Positions 27,337-37,400 of a stretch of 53,158 nucleotides of DNA are shown here, one piece after another (position 1 is the first letter of the stretch; each line of letters opens with the position of its first letter). Position numbers and translations under genes: made by a program. Source of the DNA: a virus (taxonomy: Duplodnaviria > Caudoviricetes); the IMG/VR virus record IMGVR_UViG_3300008952_000067, positions 1-53,158 of that record, one strand, 5' to 3'. The notes below the pieces were generated by a model. That model was not told where the DNA came from and ran no database searches. It saw nothing but the letters and a program-made list of their open reading frames with translations.

Positions 27337-28938
27337 CTAATCTAGTAACCATGATAAATCCAGGTTCGGATCATCTTCATCAGCCTGCGTTGGTTCGGCC
27401 GCATTTAGAAGTCGCGGTTTATACGGGTTATGCGCAAATACATTAGCATCTGGTACTACAGAATCCTTCGCAGTATTTCTATTTACTCCAAATGCCTTTA
27501 ACATTGCAGCATTTAAGTCTACGGTTTGCCTATTGTGCCCGGGGGACGTATCATACAACCACACGCCAATTGCCAAGGCTAAAACTAGATCATCATTTTG
27601 CCCCTTTTGGGCTTGAGCCTTACTTCCCTTCCAGATAAACGTTTTAAGCTCGTTATATAGCCGGTCAGAGTATAATGTTATATGATCATTCCTTAAGACT
27701 TCTTCTAATTTTGTTAGAATTTGCGCACGGGATTGCCCTGATGTCGTAAATCCTGCCTTATGAATATGACTCTCACCAGAATACATTGCAGCGTACTTAT
27801 CCTTTTCTTTCTTATAGTAAAGATTAGGGTACTTAAGTTCAAGTAGCTTCATCACTACGGCATATCCGTATGTATTATTCTCTGGACACAATAGCGCTTT
27901 TCCATATCTCATACCGGCCTCATTGAGTAATATTGCAAATTGATCAGGGGGTATTTTTCCCTTATACTCTGCAACAATCTCTGATTCGTTTGTGTCAATA
28001 ACATGGAACGCGCTATAGTCACCGGCATCTCCACGGGCAACATCAGCAGATATAATATACTTGTGATCAGTGAGCGGATACTTCCAGACCCAAACTCCCA
28101 TTTCGGGGCCCCACTTCTCCAGAGGATGACGCACCTGAGTTCTAATTCTCTCAATATGTTCAGCGGATAGGAATGTTTCACCAGACGCTGCAAAGTCACA
28201 TAGAAGCTCTTGAGCAATCTGTTGCTGTGTCAAGTTTTTGCATTCATTCTCAAACCAATCATCACTACGCTCAGGGTGCACATCCCATGGGAGCTTAATC
28301 GGATTGAACTCACTTTCCCCAGCTGCGGCCTTCATATATAAGTCATAGTATTGGCCACCGACACCATTGGGTGTTGACAAGACAATCGCACGACCACCTG
28401 TCGATAGCGTAGGATATAGGCCCATCCAAAGCTCATCAAAATTTCTAACAAATGCAGCCTCATCAACGATTAGCAGGGTTAGCGCCTCGGAGCGACCTGC
28501 GTCATCTGATGTAGGGATTGCCTTTATAGTCGATCCATTCGTAAATTCAACCGACTGCTTATTATTAGTACTAAGCTCAGGAAGTATTAGCCACGGTGGA
28601 ATATGCTTAAGGGCAACCTTTACCTTTTTTATAAAGTTCATCGCCACACTCAATTTGGTCGCAATGACAAGGATATTTTTATCCTTATAGAAAATAGCTA
28701 ACCAAACAGCGTATGCAGCACTAAGGGTAGATATACCTAACTGCCGAGACTTCAAGATAACATTATATCGATGATTAACGAAATCATTAATACAATCATC
28801 CTGAAACTGGAAGGTGGCAAACGGAATCAGTCCACGTGTTGGGTGCTGGATCTTGACATATTTGTTGAAAAAATATCTCGGGTCTTTTCCGCACCTGACT
28901 ATTTCTCTAACCTGCCTTTGTTTATTGACAGTGGCCAT
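27337..28938 (-). CDS. Terminase large subunit (T4 gp17-like)
   Basis: Walker A KSRQLGIS, Walker B LLIVDEAAF, STPNG, nuclease ADVARG..DYS, DDLVLALA. Confidence 0.96.
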   Translation of the reverse strand: MATVNKQRQVREIVRCGKDPRYFFNKYVKIQHPTRGLIPFATFQFQDDCINDFVNHRYNVILKSRQLGISTLSAAYAVWLAIFYKDKNILVIATKLSVAMNFIKKVKVALKHIPPWLILPELSTNNKQSVEFTNGSTIKAIPTSDDAGRSEALTLLIVDEAAFVRNFDELWMGLYPTLSTGGRAIVLSTPNGVGGQYYDLYMKAAAGESEFNPIKLPWDVHPERSDDWFENECKNLTQQQIAQELLCDFAASGETFLSAEHIERIRTQVRHPLEKWGPEMGVWVWKYPLTDHKYIISADVARGDAGDYSAFHVIDTNESEIVAEYKGKIPPDQFAILLNEAGMRYGKALLCPENNTYGYAVVMKLLELKYPNLYYKKEKDKYAAMYSGESHIHKAGFTTSGQSRAQILTKLEEVLRNDHITLYSDRLYNELKTFIWKGSKAQAQKGQNDDLVLALAIGVWLYDTSPGHNRQTVDLNAAMLKAFGVNRNTAKDSVVPDANVFAHNPYKPRLLNAAEPTQADEDDPNLDLSWLLD

Positions 28939-28941
28939 ACT

Positions 28942-29316
28942 TTACTGCACTCTTAAAATACAATTCCGTCTATAGATCGCAATCTTTCGTGGATTGTGAT
29001 TTGTAGCTGATACCATCTCTAGACTATCCGAGTTTGATACCTCTTCAAGCTTGAGTGTAGAACCGGCTACTTCCTTATATTGGGCTTTTGTGTGATCAAG
29101 CTTTCCAGCAATTACCTGGATTGATTCTTCAACCAGTCTATCGACCTGCTGCTTTAATGCATACTCTGACGCAAAGTGAACGACTGTCGCATACTTTATG
29201 ACCATTTCATCGTGCTGCAACGCGCACGTTAAAGATCTGGTGCCGTCGCCGCTGCTCTTTCCCCAGGTGTAGTTAACTACATCGCTAAGTTGATTTAATT
29301 CGTCTTTTGAAATCAT
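28942..29316 (-). CDS. Hypothetical protein upstream of terminase (124 aa)
   Basis: AGGAG SD plus AATAATTAGATAG promoter-like motif; 3 nt from TerL start. Confidence 0.7.
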   Translation of the reverse strand: MISKDELNQLSDVVNYTWGKSSGDGTRSLTCALQHDEMVIKYATVVHFASEYALKQQVDRLVEESIQVIAGKLDHTKAQYKEVAGSTLKLEEVSNSDSLEMVSATNHNPRKIAIYRRNCILRVQ

Positions 29317-29342
29317 GACTATCTCCTAGATGCCTCCCTATC

Positions 29343-29349
29343 TAATTAT
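29343..29349 (-). promoter_or_regulatory. Late-promoter-like motif upstream of the terminase operon
   Basis: AATAATTAGATAG identical to the site upstream of gp13. Confidence 0.6.
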
Positions 29350-29361
29350 TCTGGTGACTGA

Positions 29362-29673
29362 CTATTTGACCTGATAGATGAAGGAGGGCAAACAATTTCT
29401 TCTTTCTACTTCTTTTGTTATCTCTTCCTGCTGTGGGCGCCAACCGTCTATCCACTGCCTAGAATTAGGTTGCGCCCACTTAACTGAACAATTGTAACAA
29501 CAACTATACCTCTTGTGTTCAACCAAGTCTGTAAAATCTTTCATTAGAGACCCACAAACATTGCACTCTACTGGAATAACGTCTGGATATTGCTCAGGAA
29601 TAATTATCAAGAACCCGGCCGGATGCTCAGTCATTTTTCTATCATTGGCCATCTTCTTCCAATCAGCCATCAT
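29362..29673 (-). CDS. Small Cys-rich putative zinc-binding protein
   Basis: CNVC ... CCYNC..KW; overlaps end of SbcDC gene. Confidence 0.6.
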   Translation of the reverse strand: MMADWKKMANDRKMTEHPAGFLIIIPEQYPDVIPVECNVCGSLMKDFTDLVEHKRYSCCYNCSVKWAQPNSRQWIDGWRPQQEEITKEVERRNCLPSFIYQVK

Positions 29674-32600
29674 TTGCCTCTCTGCCGTTACAATATACTT
29701 TGGAATCCTTTCCCTTTTTAGAGATGTCGATTACATTATCAACGATATCCTTTACTCCGTCCACATGCGAAATAACGATAATGTTTCGGAACCATCTCTT
29801 AAGAGACTTAAGCAATCGGTTACAAGACTCAACATTCATGTCATCTAGGGCGCCGAATCCTTCATCAATAATTAGCAAATCTGTCTTCGGGAGGGATGAT
29901 ACGTTAATAAGCGCTACCCTAATTGCTAGTGAAGACATCATCTTTTCCATGCCTGAGGCACACTCTATAATTCTTCTGGAGTCCCCATAATTGATGTATA
30001 TATCCATTGTATTGCTATTGCTGTCTGCCTCAAGCTCGACTGTAAATCCAACAACATCCTGTAGAATCTTTGATATCTCTGCATTAATTGCTGGAAGCTG
30101 TGATGTTATAATCTGGAGTGGGATTCCCTTCTTCGAGACGGCTGTCATAAATAAATCATACACACGCCACTCCGCCATAAGCTCTTTATACTCATCACGT
30201 TGAGATTGAAGCTGCTCAATTTCGCTAGTCAGCAGGCCTACGGATTCTGAAAGTGACATCCTTCGAATGTCCAATGTATTAATACTAGAGACCAGGTCGT
30301 TAATTTTACCCTTAAGGCTGCTAACCTCTAACGCGTCGTCGCCGTCAGACACCCGGAGCCGCATGCTGGCAAGATCCCTTTTTGCATCTTCTAGTATCGT
30401 CGCTAATGAAGTTTTTGCCGTTTGCTTTTCATGAAGCTTGACAGTGTTCTTCGAAATCTTAACCTTCAACTGGGATTCTTGTTGTATTAGTCCCTCATAT
30501 TTTTCTAACTTCGTTTGTAGGTCTTCCTTTTGTAGGACCTTTAATGACTTCTTAGCAGCACGAATTTGATCAAGGAGGCCAGCAACCACATCAGCCTGCT
30601 CAACTGCTAACTTTTTATTTTTATGGGACTCTTTGATGTACTTACACATGGGAAATGTGTCGCCACAAGGTACCTCTTCAAGCTTAGCAATCGACTTCTT
30701 TTGGGACTTTAATAATGTTTTTTCGCTTGAATGATTGTGCTCAAGGCCGACTAGGTTTCTTTCAAGATCCTGTTGTGCCTCGAAACGTTCCCTTAGATCA
30801 TCGATAGGAAACATCTCTTTTACAGACTTAATCTTATTCAGTTTTTCCTGCATCGCCGTAATATTCGTTGAGATTTCCATGGCACCCAGGACCATTGTAT
30901 CCAGCTTATGACTATCCTCAAGAATGTTCTGTTCTTGCGTCTCAATATCAGCTGTGGTAACAAGATCCTTATCTTTGTGGGTTGCCAAAATAATCTTAAG
31001 GTCTTCATGCTTACGACGAGATGATGTTAACTTATCATCAACCGCTTCTCTATCTTTTGTCTTTCTATCTCGTTCTATAGTCTTCTCAAGAATTATTGTA
31101 TCCCATTCTCGGTCCGGAGCTTTCTTAAGGGTTGCAGATATACCGGCTGACTCATCCTTTGCAATCGACAACATTTCTTCAAAAATATTAAGATCAAGAA
31201 AATTTGTAAGAATCTCCTTTCGCTTTGTTGCCCTATGCTTGATAAAGTTGTTCATCTCTCCCTGGCTGGCAAGCGAGGTCATTAAAAAATCATCAGAAGT
31301 ACCGATAAGGCGTCGGACCACCTTTTCAGTTTCTCGGCGTTGCTCACCGCTAAGGTCCTGTATGACATTTCCATCATCATCAATCATAAATAAATTTAGA
31401 TGAGTTACGGCATGTTGTATGCCACGTTTTGTTTCATGTTTTGTTGATTGTCTCTCGACCCTATACAATCGCCCATTGACAGATATGTCGAGATTAACTC
31501 TACAAAATCCCTTTCGGGCATTAATAATATGAAGATTCTTAATTGGGCCACGGTCAGTTGTATTGTATAGCCCGTACATAATTGCGCCGGGAATAGAAGA
31601 CTTACCAGTCCTATTTGGGCCAAAAAGACCAGTGATGCCACTTAGCTCTGAGAAGTCTACAACATTGCCCTTCCCATAGCAGAACATATTGTCGAACTCC
31701 ACCCGGCGCACCGACCACTTCGTGTTTCTTGCAGAATCTCCATGTGCAATCTGATTCACAAATCTTAATGTTAGATTATCTAAAGATGTCCATTCATCAT
31801 CTGAGAGTTCTAAGTCTTTATAGTATTCTCTCATTAACTTGCAGTGCGTTCTCGAATCCCTAAGATCATCCTTAAATAAACTTGTGCCGTTAGTACTAAT
31901 AACTGACAAATCTGTGTCATAGTCATTCTTGTACACAATCTCAGCAGCTTCCTTAAACTCCTTAAGGGCACTATGCAATTGCTTAATCTCGGCCTGGGGC
32001 ATTAACTTATTTGTTCGGATTCTAAAACGTGAGCCATCAGGAGCTTCTTCCGCGAGATCTAAAGTCGATGCAATATCACCTGTCCAGTCGATTGTTACAA
32101 ACGGCATTGTATGAGGAATTTCATAGAATGTAGAGTTATATTCATCCCTTGATTTAATATCCCAAAACAAGAAACCCTTTCCAGGATCCTCACCATAATT
32201 CTGCTGAATCGTAGAACCGGGATATGCGATGCGTTTTTCTTCATCAAGATACTGTAGCTTGTGAATATCTCCCAAAAATGTAAAGTCCCAATCGCTAAAG
32301 AATCCTACGTCAACTTCACCCTCAATATTCCAATTAATATCAGTTGTTGATCCCTCTACACCACCATGAAATGTTGCAATGTTAATCTCACCGGGTACTG
32401 GCTTGACATCTTTCCAACCCTCAGTATCAAAGCATGAAAAAATACCCCAATTGTACCCGGGTACACCGGTCGGATATGTACCAGACTTCTTATATAGATG
32501 TAAGTTTGGATTATTTATGGCGGTGATAATAGGACTAATGGCGTCTTGCCTATCCTTATTCAACATTAGGCCGTCATGATTTCCTAAAATAATATGAGTA

Positions 32601-32824
32601 GGAGCGACATCTGCCAGACTTGAAAACCACCAGTTCAAAAGATCAATTAGCTCAGGTGAAATACCTTGGGTCTTTGAGTGAACAATATCACCACCCACAA
32701 AAATAACATCGGGCTTAAGCTCGCTAGCTATCTTAAAAAAATGAGTAAACGATTCACGATACTCATCATGTCTAGTCAGACCTCTAAAATGAATGTCAGA
32801 GATATGCACACACTTAAAACTCAT
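29663..32824 (-). CDS. Fused SbcD(Mre11/gp47)-SbcC(Rad50/gp46) recombination nuclease-ATPase
   Basis: N-term HISDIH, GGDIVH, GNHD, FHG, LGDIH, YPGS; then GPNRTGKSS, Q-loop SQGE, coiled coil, ASGME, IIDEGFGALD, VISH. Confidence 0.92.
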   Translation of the reverse strand: MSFKCVHISDIHFRGLTRHDEYRESFTHFFKIASELKPDVIFVGGDIVHSKTQGISPELIDLLNWWFSSLADVAPTHIILGNHDGLMLNKDRQDAISPIITAINNPNLHLYKKSGTYPTGVPGYNWGIFSCFDTEGWKDVKPVPGEINIATFHGGVEGSTTDINWNIEGEVDVGFFSDWDFTFLGDIHKLQYLDEEKRIAYPGSTIQQNYGEDPGKGFLFWDIKSRDEYNSTFYEIPHTMPFVTIDWTGDIASTLDLAEEAPDGSRFRIRTNKLMPQAEIKQLHSALKEFKEAAEIVYKNDYDTDLSVISTNGTSLFKDDLRDSRTHCKLMREYYKDLELSDDEWTSLDNLTLRFVNQIAHGDSARNTKWSVRRVEFDNMFCYGKGNVVDFSELSGITGLFGPNRTGKSSIPGAIMYGLYNTTDRGPIKNLHIINARKGFCRVNLDISVNGRLYRVERQSTKHETKRGIQHAVTHLNLFMIDDDGNVIQDLSGEQRRETEKVVRRLIGTSDDFLMTSLASQGEMNNFIKHRATKRKEILTNFLDLNIFEEMLSIAKDESAGISATLKKAPDREWDTIILEKTIERDRKTKDREAVDDKLTSSRRKHEDLKIILATHKDKDLVTTADIETQEQNILEDSHKLDTMVLGAMEISTNITAMQEKLNKIKSVKEMFPIDDLRERFEAQQDLERNLVGLEHNHSSEKTLLKSQKKSIAKLEEVPCGDTFPMCKYIKESHKNKKLAVEQADVVAGLLDQIRAAKKSLKVLQKEDLQTKLEKYEGLIQQESQLKVKISKNTVKLHEKQTAKTSLATILEDAKRDLASMRLRVSDGDDALEVSSLKGKINDLVSSINTLDIRRMSLSESVGLLTSEIEQLQSQRDEYKELMAEWRVYDLFMTAVSKKGIPLQIITSQLPAINAEISKILQDVVGFTVELEADSNSNTMDIYINYGDSRRIIECASGMEKMMSSLAIRVALINVSSLPKTDLLIIDEGFGALDDMNVESCNRLLKSLKRWFRNIIVISHVDGVKDIVDNVIDISKKGKDSKVYCNGREANDG

Positions 32825-32845
32825 ATAAATTTCTCCGGGCAAGTT

Positions 32846-33823
32846 CTAAAATAACGAGCCACTCTTTATAGAGCCTATTAAGTGGTATAATCGGTCTTTC
32901 GAACTCCACTTTTTGGCCCTGCTCTTTGCTGACAAAAATTCAACTTTTGTCATTTCGCCAACATCACTATACGGACCTAAGTCTAAGATCCTTACATCAA
33001 TGCCATATGATGATAATTTTTTAGCGTATTCCTGGGCCTTAAGGGTCATATCGGCATCCATTGCCAATAAAACGTTTGTTCCGCTTTTAATAATCTTCTG
33101 GAACAAGCTATAATCTTCAGAAAAGTGCGAACCCAATAAGCATGTCGAATTACTATCACATTTTGTTAGATCAAATGGACCCTCGACTAAGGTTAGTTCC
33201 CTATTCCAATCAATGTTAATTTCATTAAAGATAACATTCTTTTTCGGCACCTTGGCATTGATGTATTTCATTTTTTTGTCATCTTGATCAATCGTTCTAG
33301 CGACAAAGTAATTAATATCACCAACTTCATCAAATGAAGGCATAATTACGCGGCGACGGTATCGGCCGGTCGTACAAGTTCCAAACTTAAAATACCATAA
33401 ATCACGATTTGTCAATCCACGAGATCTTACATATCGTATGGTATCCTTTATATCTGGATCTTTTGAGTCTAAGCTGGTTGCTAATAACCTAAATCCTTTA
33501 GGCACGACCACCGGAATTTCAACAGTTTGCTCTGGAAGAATTAACTTATTCTTCTTTGAATAAAACTTTTCTTGATACTCTGCTAAGAAATGGGGGAAAT
33601 GTGACCGAAGAAGGTATACGAGGTCGCGACCCTTTATGTCACATACCAAACAATGATAATGATCAGAGTCGATTCGAATTACCAACTTTTTCTTCGAAAC
33701 GCTACCATATGAGCCACATTTCGTGTTTGGACAACAAACGGCAACATTTAAGCCATCTGTCCCAATAACACATGTTCCAAATATACGATTAAAAAACGTT
33801 ATTTTTTCACTTACAGTAGACAT
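32846..33823 (-). CDS. DnaG-type DNA primase (gp61-like)
   Basis: Zn-binding CP..C...HCLVC; YFVAR, KYIN, TOPRIM LVEGPFD and MDAD, DVGEM. Confidence 0.85.
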   Translation of the reverse strand: MSTVSEKITFFNRIFGTCVIGTDGLNVAVCCPNTKCGSYGSVSKKKLVIRIDSDHYHCLVCDIKGRDLVYLLRSHFPHFLAEYQEKFYSKKNKLILPEQTVEIPVVVPKGFRLLATSLDSKDPDIKDTIRYVRSRGLTNRDLWYFKFGTCTTGRYRRRVIMPSFDEVGDINYFVARTIDQDDKKMKYINAKVPKKNVIFNEINIDWNRELTLVEGPFDLTKCDSNSTCLLGSHFSEDYSLFQKIIKSGTNVLLAMDADMTLKAQEYAKKLSSYGIDVRILDLGPYSDVGEMTKVEFLSAKSRAKKWSSKDRLYHLIGSIKSGSLF

Positions 33824-33826
33824 CTT

Positions 33827-33862
33827 GTTATAATATACACCTCCGGACCGAAAGTGTTCATT
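33827..33862 (-). promoter_or_regulatory. Candidate early/middle-type promoter upstream of primase
   Basis: Minus strand AAAA-TGAACA-N17-TATATT(ATAA) with TG before the -10; differs in layout from the ATANNTA sites. Confidence 0.35.
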
Positions 33863-33873
33863 TTGATCAGGTC

Positions 33874-34434
33874 TTAATCTTCGACGGGTCGACTTAATGA
33901 ACCGGCCATGGCTATAACATACGCATCAGCTACGTCATAACATCCTGGTTCGAATATCTCTACCCCTTTCCGGGGTCCTGACTTGAGTATCTTTTTGGGC
34001 CAAGCATATTTGACACGCTGGCTAACCCATTCAAGTACCTGTTCCTTTGTGGGTGCACCGCCTTTGCGTTTCGAAATGATCTTAAGGCCGACAGCCTTTC
34101 GGGCGGCCTGTACGTTTATAAATTCAGGTTGACAAAAGAATTCTTCTTGTGCTATATAACTTACGACGCCGTTAAATCTGGCTAAAGTCAATAGCGTTTT
34201 TGCAGATGATAAACCGGGACGAAATGCCTGCAGGTTTTCTTCAATATATACTTTGTCAATATCATGGTGGATATGGAGTCCAGATAGCTCATCCCGAACC
34301 CTACGAGCCTTGTGGTAGGCAGAATTGCAGTCAGACAGGGGAATATACCCCATCTCAACAAGGCCTCCACCAGGGCCAACTATGCACCACCCAGTGCAAC
34401 TAGTTGAAATGTCTAATCCAAGGCTACTGCCCAT
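33874..34434 (-). CDS. RuvC-like Holliday junction resolvase
   Basis: LGLDISTSCTG, VYIEE, L..FNG.V, K.QV..W, D.ADAYVIA acidic catalytic pattern. Confidence 0.85.
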   Translation of the reverse strand: MGSSLGLDISTSCTGWCIVGPGGGLVEMGYIPLSDCNSAYHKARRVRDELSGLHIHHDIDKVYIEENLQAFRPGLSSAKTLLTLARFNGVVSYIAQEEFFCQPEFINVQAARKAVGLKIISKRKGGAPTKEQVLEWVSQRVKYAWPKKILKSGPRKGVEIFEPGCYDVADAYVIAMAGSLSRPVED

Positions 34435-37400
34435 TAAAAGTCTACCTTAACTCGAAATACCATCTCATCCTTATCTCTCTTGACAACAGGTTGAGCTAGA
34501 TTTGTCCTTGCTATAATATTAAGGTTCTCATCATGGAAGTTCAAGCCGGTGATATAGACGATATCAGCATCCTCGTCGCTAGCAGCTAAAGATGCAGATA
34601 GTGGTTCAAATCGAGGATTTGAAGATGAATTAACCTGGCCGCCCTCACATGGAACAAATATTTCCATAATATGCAGGTTCTGATGACCGGCCATGTTGAC
34701 CTGGAATTGTTCTTTTCCAAATAAGGGTATACAAGGATTATGGACTACGGCAACACCTTCTTCATAAATAACATTACCAACGCTAGCCCACTCAGGATGA
34801 GGAGTCTCTGCGTCAGAACGGTATAGTGTTCCATGACCATTATCTGATAGTGATATTTTTACCTTGCCGCCAGAGCCTGTCACATCATGATCAATCAACT
34901 CGTATGTTCTTTGCTGGATCTTCTTACCGTAAAATAGGTTTGAGGCATCAAAAAATACGACTTGATTCGATGAGTTATCCCTAGTACGCTGGAAGATTGT
35001 TAATACCGAACCCGGGGCGACACCGGGATTTTCCGGAGCTGCACCGGCCACTTCGGCTAAAAGACTGGTCTCAGATGTGTCTTCACCCCCATCGGAGTCC
35101 ACAGCAATTAAGCCGGGGTATAGTGAGGAGGTTGGAACTAAATTGTTAAGGGTTACCAGGCTGTAATCGATTGTACCAAAGTCATTAACGAACTTACAAG
35201 ATGCATGACCCTCTGGCGGCTTCACTTCAAAACTACCGGTTGATAGAAATGTAAAGTCTGGCTTGAACTTGCCGTTATCACAGGGCAGAATTGTTAGGTT
35301 TCTCTTTCGGATAGACGCCGTAGCAAACAAATACTCATTTGCCTCGCGAGGTTCCTGTGCAGTTATATCAATTGAAGAGCCAGTAAGGTTTAATAATAAT
35401 GGATATGAACCAGATACGAACTCACGACAGAAATTCTCCAGATTCAATAAGTGGCCGCCGACGCCAAATGACATTGCCACATTGAAGGGGTCATCAGTAG
35501 TCGTTGCCATAGTCTGAAACGGTGTTATTAGGACTTCCCGCTCGGGGGATTCTCGTACAAAGTAAGGAGGTAAGTAAAATAATAGATTATCTTCTACTTC
35601 GGCCGATCCTGTTGCCATAGAAGACCATAACTGTGGTAATGTCCTATACTCATCCCAGATTTTGACCTCATGGATCTCTGCATTGAGTGGGTGCCTTAGA
35701 AAGTAGGTATTCGGTTCTAGCGGATCAGGATCATCAGCAGTCCAACCGGACTCAGAATCGACATCATCAATTCTACTCCACGGTACACCATGCATCTCAT
35801 TAGCCTCATAGCTAAAGAATGCCGCGGCATACTGTGTTGCATCAGAATCTATAGATACTACCTCATTATATACAAGGTCTCCACCGAACTCAGTTTGTAG
35901 GTCGGCTAAATTGAAGGCCAGCGTCGATGATAAAACCGGTGTATAGTCAAGCTCACTAACGGTATCGGCAATATATGCCGCATCATAAGCGGCTTTAGCA
36001 GCAGCGGGGTCAGCATATGGTATGTTTGCCAGCGTTACATATTCGGTTACGCCTGAAATTAGCCTATCAGTTACCCAGTCGCCGTTCCACTTTGCAATTA
36101 CACCATTTTGATTTACCCACATTGGTAAGTCATTATCATCTGTCTCTTGTACGTACCATGCACTCTTATAAGAAACTGCCTCATGCTCAAATGTTGGGTT
36201 ACCATCGGCATCTAACCATTGAGACGTCTGCTCATATACCGACCCGTTGAATCCTTCGAAATAATTGCCTACAAAAAGTACGGAGGGATCTGCTTCAATT
36301 ATCATATTTGCTGGATCGTCGGTCACACGAGGTGTATCATCTCCGAACTCAGTCGGAATACATGAGCCTGATGGTATGTCAAGCTCAGAATCGATCACAC
36401 CGTCAATTAAGATCTGTGCCTTGCCGTCGTCGACCAGGTGTGTGCCCCATCTTATGGCGATATGATGCCAATGATTTTTAGTAAGTGAGTTATCTGATGA
36501 TAAGAATATAAGGTTTGACCCTTCAACTTGATCATCAGACGCGTCGCGTACGCCATCAGGCTCGACAGGACCCTCTGGATCTGTATCTGATAATTCCCAT
36601 TTAGTAGTGTCATAGTCGTAGTATTTGTATGTTCCATACTGGCCGTTTTCCAAATATGGAATATTAGACGGCGGAATGTCAGCACTACTACTAAGTTGTA
36701 CCATTATTCTATATGTGTCCGGATGACCTTCTTTATCAATATGACTGCCGGTAACCAAACTTATGGCGTAACTGGATGACATATGGAGGATTGTTCCAGC
36801 TTTAAATGGGTGGGATTGCGTGCGGTCCACAACTACATGATCTCTACCACCCTCGAGGTGAAAACCGGTAATATCAATACCATCTGCTGGATCATCTAGA
36901 TCAATATCAGAACCTATGGTGTATACACCGGCAGCATCATTCCATTCGTATGCGTCGCCTTGCTTATCGGCAAAGGCTTCCCTGGCATCCTCGTCTACGC
37001 CAGCTGTATTCTCAATATGTTCGACCCAAGACCAGTTACCAGCACCGTCGTCTTCCCAGGCCCACCATGTAAACTGAGTTTGGCGTGTAGTTACAATTGA
37101 ATATGCGCCACCGTTACCATCCCAACCAGGAATCTTTGTCTGGAAGTGAACAATTCCGTTTACCTCCGTACACTCATATGTCAGGACCGGCTCATAACTT
37201 TGGCCAAGGGCCCAAGCTATTAATTCATCATCTGTCGGTACTGCGGGGACAACAGCATATGTGTGATATACTGGGACATATCCTTGAGCTGTCATATAAT
37301 CTGTCTCAACAGGGGTCAGCGTATAATTACCTGGTGGGTCGACAGCGGATCCATCGGCATAGACAGCGCTATACCCATGTGCTTCAGCCCATGCTGCCTC

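Noticed and set aside
16152-33823. Inteins or introns in terminase, portal, capsid, primase or SbcDC
   Set aside because: No intein splice motifs, homing endonuclease ORFs or reading-frame breaks seen
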